A stretch of 47,776 bases of DNA. Source: Candidatus Undinarchaeales archaeon SRR5007147.bin71. GTDB lineage: Archaea; Undinarchaeota; Undinarchaeia; Undinarchaeales; Undinarchaeaceae. The notes below the pieces were generated by a model. It did no database searches. It had not been told where the DNA came from and saw nothing but the letters and a program-made list of their open reading frames with translations. The stretch's first letter is position 1; the number at the start of each line of letters is the position of its first letter. Made by a program: the position numbers and the translations under genes. Location of the stretch: positions 1-47,776 of the forward strand of contig DVAE01000001.1 in assembly GCA_014189675.1 (NCBI GenBank), written 5' to 3'. Positions 1 through 9,056 of this stretch are shown here, piece by piece.

Positions 1-2
1 AT

Positions 3-434
3 AGTGGGGACACCATTCTTGCTTCTGCATCCTCAGGAGAATTGAATGGCCTTGGATGGAATTATGGCTGCTCCAATCTTCCAGCAGCATATCTTACAGG
101 ACTTCTTTGTGGTACAAGGTCAAAAGGGTCTAAAGTTAAAGCTGCGGTTCTTGATATAGGATTGTATCGCCCGATAGGCGGTTCAAAGATCTACGCAGCC
201 GCAAAAGGGGCGTCCGATACAGGTCTAGTAGTTCCCTATGGTGACTCAGAAAAACTTTCAGAAGAGCGCCTGTCTGGTGGCCACATAGCTGCATACGCTG
301 AGAAATTAGAAAAAGATGACAAGAAAAAATACGAGTCCCAGTTTTCAGACTATATATCTTCAAAAACAAATCCAAAAGATATTCAAACGCAATTTGAAGC
401 TACTAAGAAAAAAATAATGGAGGGCGTAAAATGA
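3..434 (+). CDS. rpl18: 50S ribosomal protein uL18 (L18P/L5e), 5'-truncated by window edge
   Basis: The frame is open from nt 3 (SGDTILASASSGELNGLGWNYG...) and the sequence is L18/L5e-like. It precedes uS5 as in the canonical archaeal operon. The stop overlaps the next start (ATGA at 431-434). Confidence 0.88.
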   Translation, partial: SGDTILASASSGELNGLGWNYGCSNLPAAYLTGLLCGTRSKGSKVKAAVLDIGLYRPIGGSKIYAAAKGASDTGLVVPYGDSEKLSEERLSGGHIAAYAEKLEKDDKKKYESQFSDYISSKTNPKDIQTQFEATKKKIMEGVK

Positions 435-1255
435 GCGAAGAAGAAAAACCAGCAGAAAAGAAAGTAGAGCTTAAAACTGAGAAAAAATCTGAAGAGAAGA
501 AAGCTGCTGTAAAAGAGAAAAAAGCTCCTGCTAAAAAAGAGTCTACTCCTCCCTTGACAGAGGAAAAATCAAAGACTAAAAGTCAGACAAGCGGAAACAA
601 GCGCTCAAAATTCGGAAGGCCTTCAACTATAGACCTGGAAAATTGGAATCCAAAAACTGATCTTGGACGGGAAGTCCTTGATGGAAACTACGAATCACTT
701 GATTCCATCTGGGATAATAGTAAGGTTATCCGGGAGCCGGAAATTGTGGACTTTCTACTTCCTGGTCTTGAGGAAAGGATATTGAAGATTGGAAAAGGGC
801 AAAGACCCTTTAAATGGGTTCAGAGAATGACTGACTCTGGCAGAAGAAGCAAGTATTTCGTGGCAGCAGCCGTTGGAGATAAAAATGGATATGTTGGTTT
901 TGGAATAGGTAGGGCAAAAGAGTTTGGAGGCGCAATATCTCAGGCTATGCGAAGAGCAAGGCTTAACTTAACTAAAGTTGAGTTTGGAAGCGGTTCTTGG
1001 GATGAGGCTTCCTCAGAAGGCAGGCATTCTATTCCTTACAAGGTTACTGGGAAGTGCAGTAGTGTGAGTTTGGATTTACTTCCTGCTCCAAAAGGAACAG
1101 GGCTGGTTGCTAACAAGATATCAAGTGACTTAATTTCTCTTGCAGGTATCTCAGACCTATGGACCAAGTCAAGAGGACATACTAAAACAAGAGTTAATAT
1201 GGCTATGGCAACATTCAATGCCTTAAAAAAGCTAAGTAAGGATAACAATGACTGA
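431..1255 (+). CDS. rps5: 30S ribosomal protein uS5 with Lys/Glu-rich N-terminal extension
   Basis: The core GRRSKYFVAAAVGDKNGYVGFGIGRAKE...AIRRA-like sequence is typical of the S5 dsRBD and C-terminal domain. It sits between uL18 and uL30. Confidence 0.9.
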   Translation: MSEEEKPAEKKVELKTEKKSEEKKAAVKEKKAPAKKESTPPLTEEKSKTKSQTSGNKRSKFGRPSTIDLENWNPKTDLGREVLDGNYESLDSIWDNSKVIREPEIVDFLLPGLEERILKIGKGQRPFKWVQRMTDSGRRSKYFVAAAVGDKNGYVGFGIGRAKEFGGAISQAMRRARLNLTKVEFGSGSWDEASSEGRHSIPYKVTGKCSSVSLDLLPAPKGTGLVANKISSDLISLAGISDLWTKSRGHTKTRVNMAMATFNALKKLSKDNND

Positions 1256-1637
1256 AGAACACAAAAGCAAAAAAGCTAAAGAGAAAAAAGGGAAGATTTG
1301 TGCAATTCTTCTTAGAGGGAGTGTTGGAGCAGGTCCTAAAATAAAGGAAACTCTTAAAACACTCAATCTAAATTCAGTCAATAATTGTGTTCTTTTGGAG
1401 GATACACCTTCTACGAAAGGTGCACTGAGGGTTTTACAGGGTTATACTACTTGGGGGGAAGCTGATGCATCTCTTGAAAAAGACATTCAAGCAGCTGGTA
1501 GGGAGAAAGTTCCCTACGGACTCCATCCTCCTCGAGGCGGTTTTGAAAGAAAAGGCAAGAGGAACTTGTTCACTAGCGGTGGATCTCTAGGTTACAGAGG
1601 ATCTGCTATAAATTCACTTGTCAGGAGGATGCTATGA
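1248..1637 (+). CDS. rpl30: 50S ribosomal protein uL30
   Basis: ILLRGSVGAGPKIKETLKTLNLNSVNNCVLLEDTPSTKG is an L30 ferredoxin-like fold signature. The start overlaps the uS5 stop, and operon position fits. Confidence 0.85.
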   Translation: MTEEHKSKKAKEKKGKICAILLRGSVGAGPKIKETLKTLNLNSVNNCVLLEDTPSTKGALRVLQGYTTWGEADASLEKDIQAAGREKVPYGLHPPRGGFERKGKRNLFTSGGSLGYRGSAINSLVRRML

Positions 1638-2089
1638 GTACCACAAATAAAAAAATACGAAAGTACCGTGGAAGGAAAACAGGAGGCGGCGCCAAGAAAA
1701 AAAGAAGAGGGGCAGGAAACCGTGGAGGTCGCGGAAACGCAGGTCGCTGGGATCACAAGAAGATGATTGCTCTTACAAGGGACTTGAAGAACAAAAAACT
1801 CAAGTCAATCAAAACAAAAATACCTGTTATTAATCTCAGTCAGCTTAATTCCATTGTAATAAAAGATGATTTAAAGGAGATAGATCTAAGCGGATACAAG
1901 GTCCTTGGCAAAGGAAGCTTGACAAAGGCTATATCAATAAAGGCCTCAAGCTTTTCAAAGTCAGCGGCTGAAAAAATAAAGGAAATCGGGGGAAATGCGG
2001 AAGGATCTGTGTCCGGTGAAGAGAGGACATCTGAGCCTGATGCTATAACAGAGGATGTCATTTCAGAAAATACTTCAGAATCTTCCTAG
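1634..2089 (+). CDS. rpl15: 50S ribosomal protein uL15 with acidic C-terminal tail
   Basis: The Gly/Arg-rich N-terminus (RGRKTGGGAKKKRRGAGNRGGRGNAG) is characteristic of L15. ATGA overlap with uL30. It precedes secY. Confidence 0.85.
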   Translation: MSTTNKKIRKYRGRKTGGGAKKKRRGAGNRGGRGNAGRWDHKKMIALTRDLKNKKLKSIKTKIPVINLSQLNSIVIKDDLKEIDLSGYKVLGKGSLTKAISIKASSFSKSAAEKIKEIGGNAEGSVSGEERTSEPDAITEDVISENTSESS

Positions 2090-3467
2090 TGTAGCAAAAC
2101 CGTCAAAGACGCTTAGCTTCAAACAGAAGCTTAAATGGACGGCTCTACCTCTTATTGCGTTTTTCATTCTTGGTGAGGTAGCACTTTTCGGCCTTGAACC
2201 TGGAGCTGCAGGCGGAGATATTTTTGGAAGCCTTAGAGCAATTCTTGCCACAAGCTTTGGAACAGTTCTTACATTAGGTATTGGTCCTCTAGTTATGGGA
2301 AGCATTATTCTTCAGCTTCTTAACGGAGCTGGTGTGTTCAAGTTTGACATGAGCACACCTGAAGGTAAGGCTACTTACCAAGGTGCTCAAAAGATACTTG
2401 CACTTGCATTTACTCTTTTTGAGGCGGCTGTTCTGGTTATTTCAGGTCAGATTGCTTCATCGGCTCTCCTGGCGGCATCAAAGGGATTATTCTTTGCTAA
2501 TTCAATTGTAATTGCGCAGATAGTCCTAGGGGGTATCATAATCATATATCTTGACGAAGTTGTCTCAAAATGGGGCTTCAGCTCTGGTATAAGTTTGTTC
2601 ATAGCTGGTGGAGTTTCTCTTGAAATAATTACAAGGTCACTTGATCCATTCAGGCTTGGACCAGGCCAGCCTATTAATGGGGCGATTCCTGCATTTATAT
2701 CCTCTTTAGTGGAGGGTTCTATACAATTTATTCGTGTCCATCCAAATGATATGCTCGCTCTTTTTGCAACTATAATTGTTTTTGTGGTTACAATGTATGC
2801 ACAGACTATGAAGGTTGAGATTCCAATATCTTATGGAAGAATTCGCGGTTTTGCCAGGCGTTATCCACTTCCTCTTGTATATGCCTCAAATATGCCTGTC
2901 ATCTTTATAGCTGCCCTCATTGCAAACTTGAATTTCTGGGTTGCTATGTTGAATAAAGCAGGAATAAACTTACTCGGATATTTTGATCCTGCAGGTGGGG
3001 CGCATGGATTCATTTTCTATATTAGTCCATACACTTCCTTTGCAAAAGATTTGATACAAACAAACGTTGGAGCTCTTGACCTTCTGCACGCTTTCACATA
3101 TTTCACTGTGGTAGTTCTAGGTTCTATCATGTTTTCAAAACTTTGGGTTGGTATTTCCGGCACAAATTCAAAAGCCCTTGCAGAAAAGCTTGTGAACTCC
3201 GGAATGCAAATTCCTGGTTTCCGAACTGATACAAGAGTAATAGAAAAAGTTCTGGATCGCTACATTCCTTCGTTGACAGTTCTCGGTGGAGCCTTTGTCG
3301 GTGCTCTTGCTGCTATTGCCGAATTTAGCGGGGCTCTAGGAGGGGGAACAGGAGTTCTTCTTACAGTAGGTATAATATATCAGCTCTATCAAGAAATAGC
3401 ATCTGAACAGCTAATGGAAATGCATCCTGCTATAAGGGGTTTCCTTGGTGAAGGAGGTTTAATATGA
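2055..3467 (+). CDS. secY: Preprotein translocase subunit SecY
   Basis: 470-aa polytopic membrane protein with a SecY-like N-terminus (LPSVAKPSKTLSFKQKLKWT) and about 10 TM segments. It follows uL15, the canonical position. Confidence 0.93.
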   Translation: MSFQKILQNLPSVAKPSKTLSFKQKLKWTALPLIAFFILGEVALFGLEPGAAGGDIFGSLRAILATSFGTVLTLGIGPLVMGSIILQLLNGAGVFKFDMSTPEGKATYQGAQKILALAFTLFEAAVLVISGQIASSALLAASKGLFFANSIVIAQIVLGGIIIIYLDEVVSKWGFSSGISLFIAGGVSLEIITRSLDPFRLGPGQPINGAIPAFISSLVEGSIQFIRVHPNDMLALFATIIVFVVTMYAQTMKVEIPISYGRIRGFARRYPLPLVYASNMPVIFIAALIANLNFWVAMLNKAGINLLGYFDPAGGAHGFIFYISPYTSFAKDLIQTNVGALDLLHAFTYFTVVVLGSIMFSKLWVGISGTNSKALAEKLVNSGMQIPGFRTDTRVIEKVLDRYIPSLTVLGGAFVGALAAIAEFSGALGGGTGVLLTVGIIYQLYQEIASEQLMEMHPAIRGFLGEGGLI

Positions 3468-4033
3468 CAGACAAAATAATCGCAATTACTGGTGTTCCCG
3501 GTTCCGGTAAGACAACAGTTCTCAAGAAAGCTATCAGCAAGGCTCCTAATGTATCTGTTGTAAATTTTGCAGAAGTGATGCTCAGTGTTGGAACTGAACT
3601 TGGTCTTGGCTCGGATCATGATGCAATAAGGACTCAGCCTCTTGATGTTCAGAGAGATCTCCAGAAGAAGGCCGCAGAAAAAATAGCAAAAGAATCTAAA
3701 GGTGTTACTATAGTTGATACTCATGCAACAATAAAGACCAGCTCTGGTTATCTGCCTGGTCTCCCTCAGTGGGTTCTTGATGCACTTAATCCATCAACAA
3801 TAGTTATTGTTGAATCACCTCCTAAAGACATAAATTTCAGAAGGAAAATGGATAAGTCAAGGAATCGTGATGACGAAGGGGAGGCAGGAATAGAATTACA
3901 TCAAAGCTTAAACCGAGCAATATCTCTTGCCTACGCTGCTTCATCAGGTGCCACTGTCAAGATAATCGCAAATGAGCAGAACAAGCTTGAAGAGGCTTCA
4001 AAAGATCTTCTGGACTTGTTTGGGGGAGTATAA
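3464..4033 (+). CDS. adkA: Archaeal-type adenylate kinase
   Basis: P-loop ITGVPGSGKTTV, 189 aa, and the canonical position after secY. Confidence 0.85.
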   Translation: MTDKIIAITGVPGSGKTTVLKKAISKAPNVSVVNFAEVMLSVGTELGLGSDHDAIRTQPLDVQRDLQKKAAEKIAKESKGVTIVDTHATIKTSSGYLPGLPQWVLDALNPSTIVIVESPPKDINFRRKMDKSRNRDDEGEAGIELHQSLNRAISLAYAASSGATVKIIANEQNKLEEASKDLLDLFGGV

Positions 4034-4489
4034 GTGAGCATTCTTGCAAGTCCTATGTATTTCATCATGGTGGTTTCTGCAGTCCTTACTTTGATTCTTT
4101 CCCTTGTAAATAAAGTTTTTACGGATCCTGATAGAATGAAAGAAATTCAGGCTACAATGAAGTCATATAATAAGGAATTAATGGCAGCCACTCGGGCTAA
4201 GGATAATGAAAAGCTTGAAAAGCTTCAGAAGGACAAGCCGAAAATTTCTCAAATGCAGCAGGAAATGATGAAAATGCAAAAACCCATTTTTTTGTCAATG
4301 ATTCCTTTCTTGGTGGTGTTCTATTTTCTCGGAAAGCTAGCTACGGGCCAGGGGTGGGGTGAATTCATACAACTTCCTTTCACAATAAGTCTTTTTAGCG
4401 TAGGTAATGACCTAACTTGGATTGGCTGGTATATGTGGTGTTCTCTTCCCTTTACAATGCTTTTCAGGAAGGCTCTAGGAATAAGCTAA
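4034..4489 (+). CDS. DUF106 / EMC3-TMCO1-like membrane protein (Oxa1-superfamily insertase-like)
   Basis: One TM segment, then a charged coiled region (KELMAATRAKDNEKLEKLQKD...QQEMMKMQ), then two more TM segments. It sits between adk and cmk, the conserved archaeal position. GTG start; an ATG 7 codons downstream is an alternative. Confidence 0.6.
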   Translation: MSILASPMYFIMVVSAVLTLILSLVNKVFTDPDRMKEIQATMKSYNKELMAATRAKDNEKLEKLQKDKPKISQMQQEMMKMQKPIFLSMIPFLVVFYFLGKLATGQGWGEFIQLPFTISLFSVGNDLTWIGWYMWCSLPFTMLFRKALGIS

Positions 4490-4490
4490 A

Positions 4491-5045
4491 ATGGTAGTAA
4501 TTATTGTAGGAGGTCCCCCTGGGGCAGGAACAACCACAGTCGCAAAAGCCTTGGCAGAGCATTTTGGCCTCTCTTATGTTTCTACAGGGGATATTTTCAG
4601 GCATATTGCAAAAGAGCGTGGTATAAGTCTTAATGAGCTTAATAAGACTGCAGAGAAGGAGGTTGACGAACTTGTTGACAAAGGAAGCAAAGAGGCAGGT
4701 CTTGCTGGAGATGTTGTAATTGATGGTGATATAGCAGCGTGGATGAATCCGGACGCAGATTTTAAACTTTATTTTTCCGCATCTCCCTTGACGCGGGCAA
4801 ATAGGATTTTTGAAGATTCAAACCCAAGAATTACTGAGGAACGTCAGACTCTGGAGGAAGTTAAACGAAATATTGAGCAACGACTTGGAGATGACAAGCG
4901 CCGATATATGGAATATTATGGAATAGATCTTGATAATCTCTCAATATATGACTTAGTTATTGATACTGAAGCTCTTTCGGTCGAAGACGTTATAAAGCGG
5001 GCAATAGAGTATATAGAGCGGGAAGGACTTGGTAAAGATGATTAA
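4491..5045 (+). CDS. cmk: Archaeal cytidylate kinase
   Basis: IVGGPPGAGTTTVAKALAEHFGLSYVSTGDIFR P-loop with an NMP-binding motif. Canonical position. Confidence 0.8.
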   Translation: MVVIIVGGPPGAGTTTVAKALAEHFGLSYVSTGDIFRHIAKERGISLNELNKTAEKEVDELVDKGSKEAGLAGDVVIDGDIAAWMNPDADFKLYFSASPLTRANRIFEDSNPRITEERQTLEEVKRNIEQRLGDDKRRYMEYYGIDLDNLSIYDLVIDTEALSVEDVIKRAIEYIEREGLGKDD

Positions 5046-5397
5046 GGTAGGAACAGTATGCACGAAGACTGCCGGAAGAGAAAACGGTAATATTTGCATT
5101 ATTCTGGAAAATATTGACGATATTTTTGTTATTGTTGCAGGACCAAGTGTACGGAAAAAAAGGTGCAATGTGAAACACCTTTCTCAACTTCCAAGAGAGC
5201 TTGTCGTTTCAAAAGGGGCTTCTCAGGCGGATGCTTCTAAACTTCTTGCAGATGCAGGTCTTGTGGAAGAGTCTGAAGTGTCGGCTCCTAAAAAGAAGGC
5301 AGACGCAAAAACACCCGCTAAACCTGTAAAAAAATCGGAGAAGAAAAAGGATTCTAAAAAAGCGCTAAGCAAAAAGACTCTTCCCGCGAAAAAATAG
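5038..5397 (+). CDS. rpl14e: 50S ribosomal protein eL14 with Lys/Ala/Pro-rich C-terminal tail
   Basis: KOW-like N-terminus (IKVGTVCTKTAGRENGNICIIL...KKRCNVKHL). It sits between cmk and cbf5. The ATG at 5038 is preferred over the TTG at 5029. Confidence 0.75.
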   Translation: MIKVGTVCTKTAGRENGNICIILENIDDIFVIVAGPSVRKKRCNVKHLSQLPRELVVSKGASQADASKLLADAGLVEESEVSAPKKKADAKTPAKPVKKSEKKKDSKKALSKKTLPAKK

Positions 5398-5403
5398 GTA
5401 GTT

Positions 5404-6384
5404 ATGAATCCTGGAAAGTTGCCCTTTGAAAAGGAGAGAGAATTATTAATTCGTCGTGAGGAGGAAACTAATCCGGATTTTGGATGTCTTCCAAACGAAA
5501 GAAGTATTGAAGACCTTCTTAAAGGCTGCATAATAAATATTGATAAGCCGGCAGGTCCTACTTCTGCGCAGGTTAGTGATTTTGTCAAGGATATCCTGGG
5601 AATACGGAAATGCGGGCACTCAGGAACTCTTGATCCTGGAGTTACTGGTGTTTTCCCAGTTGGTGTTGGAAGCGGAACTAAGGCACTCCATTCTCTTCTT
5701 ATAGCTGGGAAGGAATACCTTACTCTTATGCGTTTGCACGAAGAACTTTCTGAAAGGAAGATCAAAAAAGTTCTTAAAAAATTCACCACAAAAATATACC
5801 AGACTCCTCCAATAAAATCAAATGTCAAAAGAGTTCTCAGAGTAAGAGAAGTGTATTATACTAAACTTATTGAGTCAGAGGGAAAGGATGCACTTTTTAC
5901 TGTTGGCTCTGAAGCTGGAACTTATATCCGTAGACTTTGCCACGACATTGGAGAAGTAACTGGCTCAGGTGCTCATATGCAGCAGCTCAGGAGAACTCGT
6001 GTGGCAAACTTTAATGAAGATACGCTTTTTACATTGCAGCAACTCAAGGATGCCTTTGTTTTCTGGAAAGAAGGGGATGAAGGTGGGCTTAGAAAAGCAT
6101 TACTTCCTATGGAATCTGCATTATCACATCTTCCAAAAGTTACAATAAGTGATTCTGCAGTTCCCTCAGTAACAACTGGGGCGCAGCTGGCTGTTCCTGG
6201 TATACTTAGTGTAGAGTCAGGGATATCTCCTGGAGATTTAATTGCAGTTTTAACCCAAAAAGGTGAGGGAGTTCTCTATGGTTCAGCTCTTGTTTCTTCT
6301 GAAGATATGATTTCAATGAAGAAGGGGCTTGCAGTCAAAACAGAAAGAGTTCTTATGAATCCATCAATATATTCGCCAAAATGA
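5404..6384 (+). CDS. cbf5: H/ACA RNP pseudouridine synthase Cbf5 (TruB family, with PUA domain)
   Basis: GCIINIDKPAGPTSAQV...GHSGTLDPGVTGV is the catalytic Asp motif. There is a C-terminal PUA-like region. Confidence 0.9.
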   Translation: MNPGKLPFEKERELLIRREEETNPDFGCLPNERSIEDLLKGCIINIDKPAGPTSAQVSDFVKDILGIRKCGHSGTLDPGVTGVFPVGVGSGTKALHSLLIAGKEYLTLMRLHEELSERKIKKVLKKFTTKIYQTPPIKSNVKRVLRVREVYYTKLIESEGKDALFTVGSEAGTYIRRLCHDIGEVTGSGAHMQQLRRTRVANFNEDTLFTLQQLKDAFVFWKEGDEGGLRKALLPMESALSHLPKVTISDSAVPSVTTGAQLAVPGILSVESGISPGDLIAVLTQKGEGVLYGSALVSSEDMISMKKGLAVKTERVLMNPSIYSPK

Positions 6385-7061
6385 GCACTGAAAAACAGCA
6401 GGAGCATTATTATAAGGAAAAGACAAAGATTCCTCTTCAGCTCGGAGAAGTTTCGGCTTTAATCAAGGGCAGGGAACTAAAGTTATTTTCTTCGTCTCCT
6501 GTATTTTCCTGGAGGCAAATTGACAAAGGCAGTCTTATTATGGCTGAGAATATGCTTATTCCGGAAGGGCAGGGAAAGCTCCTGGATATGGGTTGTGGTT
6601 ATGGAGTTCTCGGTATTTTTGCAGCTCTTCAGAATCCTCTACTCGAGGTGCAGATGGTAGATTCAAGCGAGCGTGCCGTTTATCTGTCCAAGAAAAACAT
6701 TCGTAAATATGGTCTTGGTTCTCGCGTCACAGTTGTTCAGGGAGATTTGTTTGAAAAGATTGAGGATAAAGATTTTGATACTATTGTCTCAAATCCGCCA
6801 TATTCTGCTGGGAAGGATGTGGTTGAACTCTTGATTGCGGATTCTCCAGCTTATTTGGCTGAAGGGGGTACGCTTCAAATTGTCGGCCGGCATTCAAAAG
6901 GCGGAAAAATGTATCGTGACCACATTAAAGAGGCATTTACTTATGAGTTTGAGTTTGGAAAACAGAGCGGATTTCGTATATATCTCGGGAGTAAAAAAGA
7001 TATACCTGAACTAAGAGAGGATAAAGAGTCTATACTGGAGTCTTATTCCAAGGAGGAATAA
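6381..7061 (+). CDS. Class I SAM-dependent methyltransferase (RsmC/MJ0882-like small-domain MTase)
   Basis: LDMGCGYGVLG is SAM motif I and SNPPY is motif IV. ATGA overlap with cbf5. Confidence 0.75.
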   Translation: MSTEKQQEHYYKEKTKIPLQLGEVSALIKGRELKLFSSSPVFSWRQIDKGSLIMAENMLIPEGQGKLLDMGCGYGVLGIFAALQNPLLEVQMVDSSERAVYLSKKNIRKYGLGSRVTVVQGDLFEKIEDKDFDTIVSNPPYSAGKDVVELLIADSPAYLAEGGTLQIVGRHSKGGKMYRDHIKEAFTYEFEFGKQSGFRIYLGSKKDIPELREDKESILESYSKEE

Positions 7062-7083
7062 AGTCTGCCACTGTATCTACACT

Positions 7084-7167
7084 GCCGAGATCGCATAATC
7101 TGGTATTGCGCTACCCTGGAAAGGTAGTTTCCTTCGGGATGTGTGAGTTCAAATCTCACTCTCGGCG
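7084..7167 (+). tRNA. tRNA-Ser (anticodon GGA)
   Basis: Hand-folded. Acceptor GCCGAGA/TCTCGGC. Anticodon stem CTACC/GGTAG with loop CTGGAAA. Long variable arm. T-arm GTGAG-TTCAAAT-CTCAC. Discriminator G. No encoded CCA. Confidence 0.85.
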
Positions 7168-7183
7168 TATCCTTAATCCTAAA

Positions 7184-7188
7184 TTTTT
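7184..7188 (+). terminator. Oligo-T tract downstream of tRNA-Ser
   Basis: TTTTT lies 17 nt after the tRNA 3' end. Archaeal RNA polymerase terminates at oligo-T. Confidence 0.3.
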
Positions 7189-7229
7189 CTGAAAATAAAT
7201 AAATACTCTTAACTAATTAGTATAAAATA

Positions 7230-7628
7230 ATGAAATTACTGCATCACGCTCTTGCCGGTCTCGTTTTAGGTTGGGCATTCGGCTACGATCTCTGGTTGAG
7301 CATGCTGTTTTCTATAGGTCCTGATATTCCCCAGGCTCTGATTCTTTACCCCTTACTGGCCTACAAACACAAAAGAATAATTCTTCCTCTTGATGGTGAC
7401 TGGAAAAACTTCAGTAAAAGTGCCTGGAGTCATCTATACTTCGCCCCTCATAGTCTGCTTTTTGTAGCTATTCTCAGCTTTTCTGATTTCTCAGCATTCT
7501 TTATTGGACTCTATTCTCTCCATATACTAGTAGATATTCCAACGCATACTGGTGAATGGTCTATTCGCTTACTGTGGCCTGCTTCCTGGAAACTTGAGGG
7601 CTTTTTTGACGCCTGGAAACGCTCTTGA
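7230..7628 (+). CDS. Small polytopic membrane protein, possibly DUF457-like metal-dependent hydrolase
   Basis: 132 aa with 3-4 TM segments and conserved-looking His/Asp residues (HHAL, GPDIPQ, HILVDIPTH). Family assignment is tentative. Confidence 0.4.
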   Translation: MKLLHHALAGLVLGWAFGYDLWLSMLFSIGPDIPQALILYPLLAYKHKRIILPLDGDWKNFSKSAWSHLYFAPHSLLFVAILSFSDFSAFFIGLYSLHILVDIPTHTGEWSIRLLWPASWKLEGFFDAWKRS

Positions 7629-7632
7629 TGTA

Positions 7633-8193
7633 TTATTTCTTATTTTTCTCAACAAGTTCTTTTATTCTATCAAGAACTGCTTGCTCTGGCTTTTCAATCT
7701 GATCTCCAAAATTCCAGTACTTTCCGCCACGATAAATAAGAGGCTCTTTTTCTCTTGATATTATTTCGACAACTTCTCCGACCATCATAGTGTGGTCTCC
7801 TAACTCTACCTCTTGCATAAGTTTGCACTCTGCTTGCATTACGGCATCTTCCAGCATAAGTAGATCTATTTTACTTGCATTATAAAACTTGACTCCAAGT
7901 TCCTTTAGTACAGCTATTTTGTCTACTTCTTTACCTGTACTTCCTCCAGATATGCTTGAAAGCACATTTTGGTCAAAGGCTGCCAGATGCACTCCAAATT
8001 CCCGTGTTTCTCTAATATTTTCGAGTGTCGCTTTGTTAGGTCCTATACAGACTGCCATAAGGCTTGGTGCATAAGAAACATGGTGTGTCCATTCTGCCGC
8101 CATTATATTGTTTCCATGTGCTCCCTTGCTAGTTATGAGTCCCACATTCGTTACAAATTTTCTTGTTCGTTCGTCGTCCCACTTAAGATCCAT
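7633..8193 (-). CDS. Flavin reductase-like (FMN-binding split-barrel) protein
   Basis: VGLITSKGAHGNNIMAAEWTHHVSYAPSLMAVCIG is typical of the flavin reductase-like domain. The start is set at MDLKWDDE (8193), about 24 nt from a TATTTATATA element. Confidence 0.7.
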   Translation of the reverse strand: MDLKWDDERTRKFVTNVGLITSKGAHGNNIMAAEWTHHVSYAPSLMAVCIGPNKATLENIRETREFGVHLAAFDQNVLSSISGGSTGKEVDKIAVLKELGVKFYNASKIDLLMLEDAVMQAECKLMQEVELGDHTMMVGEVVEIISREKEPLIYRGGKYWNFGDQIEKPEQAVLDRIKELVEKNKK

Positions 8194-8286
8194 AATTTTC
8201 CTTAAGCTTCGGTATTTATATACTGCGTGCATATAGCAAATAGGTGGCATTGGCTAAATAGGTCTAAAATATTCCACAGCTTCGTA

Positions 8287-8811
8287 ATGAGGCACCAATG
8301 GGTGCCCTTTTACTTTATTCCACATTCACGCAATTTTTCATCCAAGCGTGGCTTTGCTGAATCAAATCTTCGAAGGCGTCTTGAAAAACAGGGATGGTCT
8401 GTCTGGAAAGGCCTCCTGATTGGTGCCGTACGAATGCAAGATGATTATTCAACTGCCACAGAAAAGTATGAATTACTTTCTAAATTTTTAGAAAAACACA
8501 GTGCTGAGCTTCTGGAAAAACTCCAATATTACTGCTCTGTTCATTTTGGATTTCCTGATTTTATTTGCTACAAGAATGGTGAGTGGAAGTTTGTTGAATG
8601 CAAGCTAGGCTATGAGCCTCTCAGTGAAACACAGAAAAAATGTATAATGGAGCTTCAAGTTCTCGGCTTTAATGTTGAGGTTCATAAACTAGTTAGCAGT
8701 CATACGGGAACTCGGTCTGCAATGGTAAATTTGAAGGGCTCTGGGAAAATAGTAACCAGGAAACAACTTACTCTTAATAACAGGCTCTTCAGAAAGTGCC
8801 AAAACATATAA
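8287..8811 (+). CDS. VRR-NUC / PD-(D/E)xK nuclease-like protein
   Basis: GFPDFICYKNGEWKFVECKLGYEPLSETQKKCIMELQVLGFNVEVHKL fits the VRR-NUC pattern (G-x-PD...E-x-K...LS-x-x-Q...G). There is an upstream GFAES acidic residue. The start is uncertain: GTG at 8227 or ATG at 8287. Confidence 0.55.
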   Translation: MRHQWVPFYFIPHSRNFSSKRGFAESNLRRRLEKQGWSVWKGLLIGAVRMQDDYSTATEKYELLSKFLEKHSAELLEKLQYYCSVHFGFPDFICYKNGEWKFVECKLGYEPLSETQKKCIMELQVLGFNVEVHKLVSSHTGTRSAMVNLKGSGKIVTRKQLTLNNRLFRKCQNI

Positions 8812-8839
8812 ACAGTTCTTATCTAATTCTAGCTATCTT

Positions 8840-9001
8840 ATGTTGAAAGAAATCAGAGACAAATTGCAGAGACTTAACAAAACAAAGACCTGTCCTGTGT
8901 GTAATTCGGGTGATATTACATACGGTTCTAAAGGTAAACCGCATTTATGCAATGATTGTGGTGTAGATATTCAGGATAATATTTCTTCTAAAACAAGGTG
9001 A
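8840..9001 (+). CDS. 53-aa zinc-ribbon mini-protein
   Basis: Hand-translated: MLKEIRDKLQRLNKTKTCPVCNSGDITYGSKGKPHLCNDCGVDIQDNISSKTR*. It carries a CPxC...CxxC pair. It is below the ORF-track size cutoff and starts 28 nt after the VRR-NUC stop on the same strand. Confidence 0.45.
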   Translation: MLKEIRDKLQRLNKTKTCPVCNSGDITYGSKGKPHLCNDCGVDIQDNISSKTR

Positions 9002-9028
9002 TTTTTGGGGTTTTCTATATAGAAAAAG

Positions 9029-9036
9029 TATATAAA
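9029..9036 (+). promoter_or_regulatory. TATA-box-like element with purine-rich BRE-like upstream flank
   Basis: AGAAAAAG-TATATAAA sits about 25-34 nt upstream of the first structured-RNA unit. This is the spacing expected for an archaeal promoter. Confidence 0.4.
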
Positions 9037-9056
9037 CTCATATACATTAAAGATTG

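Noticed and set aside
5223-5828. 201-aa minus-strand ORF antisense to the eL14 tail and cbf5. Similar long antisense ORFs lie at 24964-25545 (in glyA), 28708-29130 and 29152-29586 (in the CaCA antiporter), 35578-36039 (in aRF1) and 37993-38460 (in valS).
   Set aside because: These are shadow ORFs inside confidently identified conserved genes. Their sequences are low-complexity or hydrophobic junk with no motifs.
7552-7758. 68-aa + strand ORF bridging the end of the 7230-7628 gene and the antisense of the flavin reductase gene.
   Set aside because: It overlaps two better-supported genes, has no motifs, and is likely spurious.
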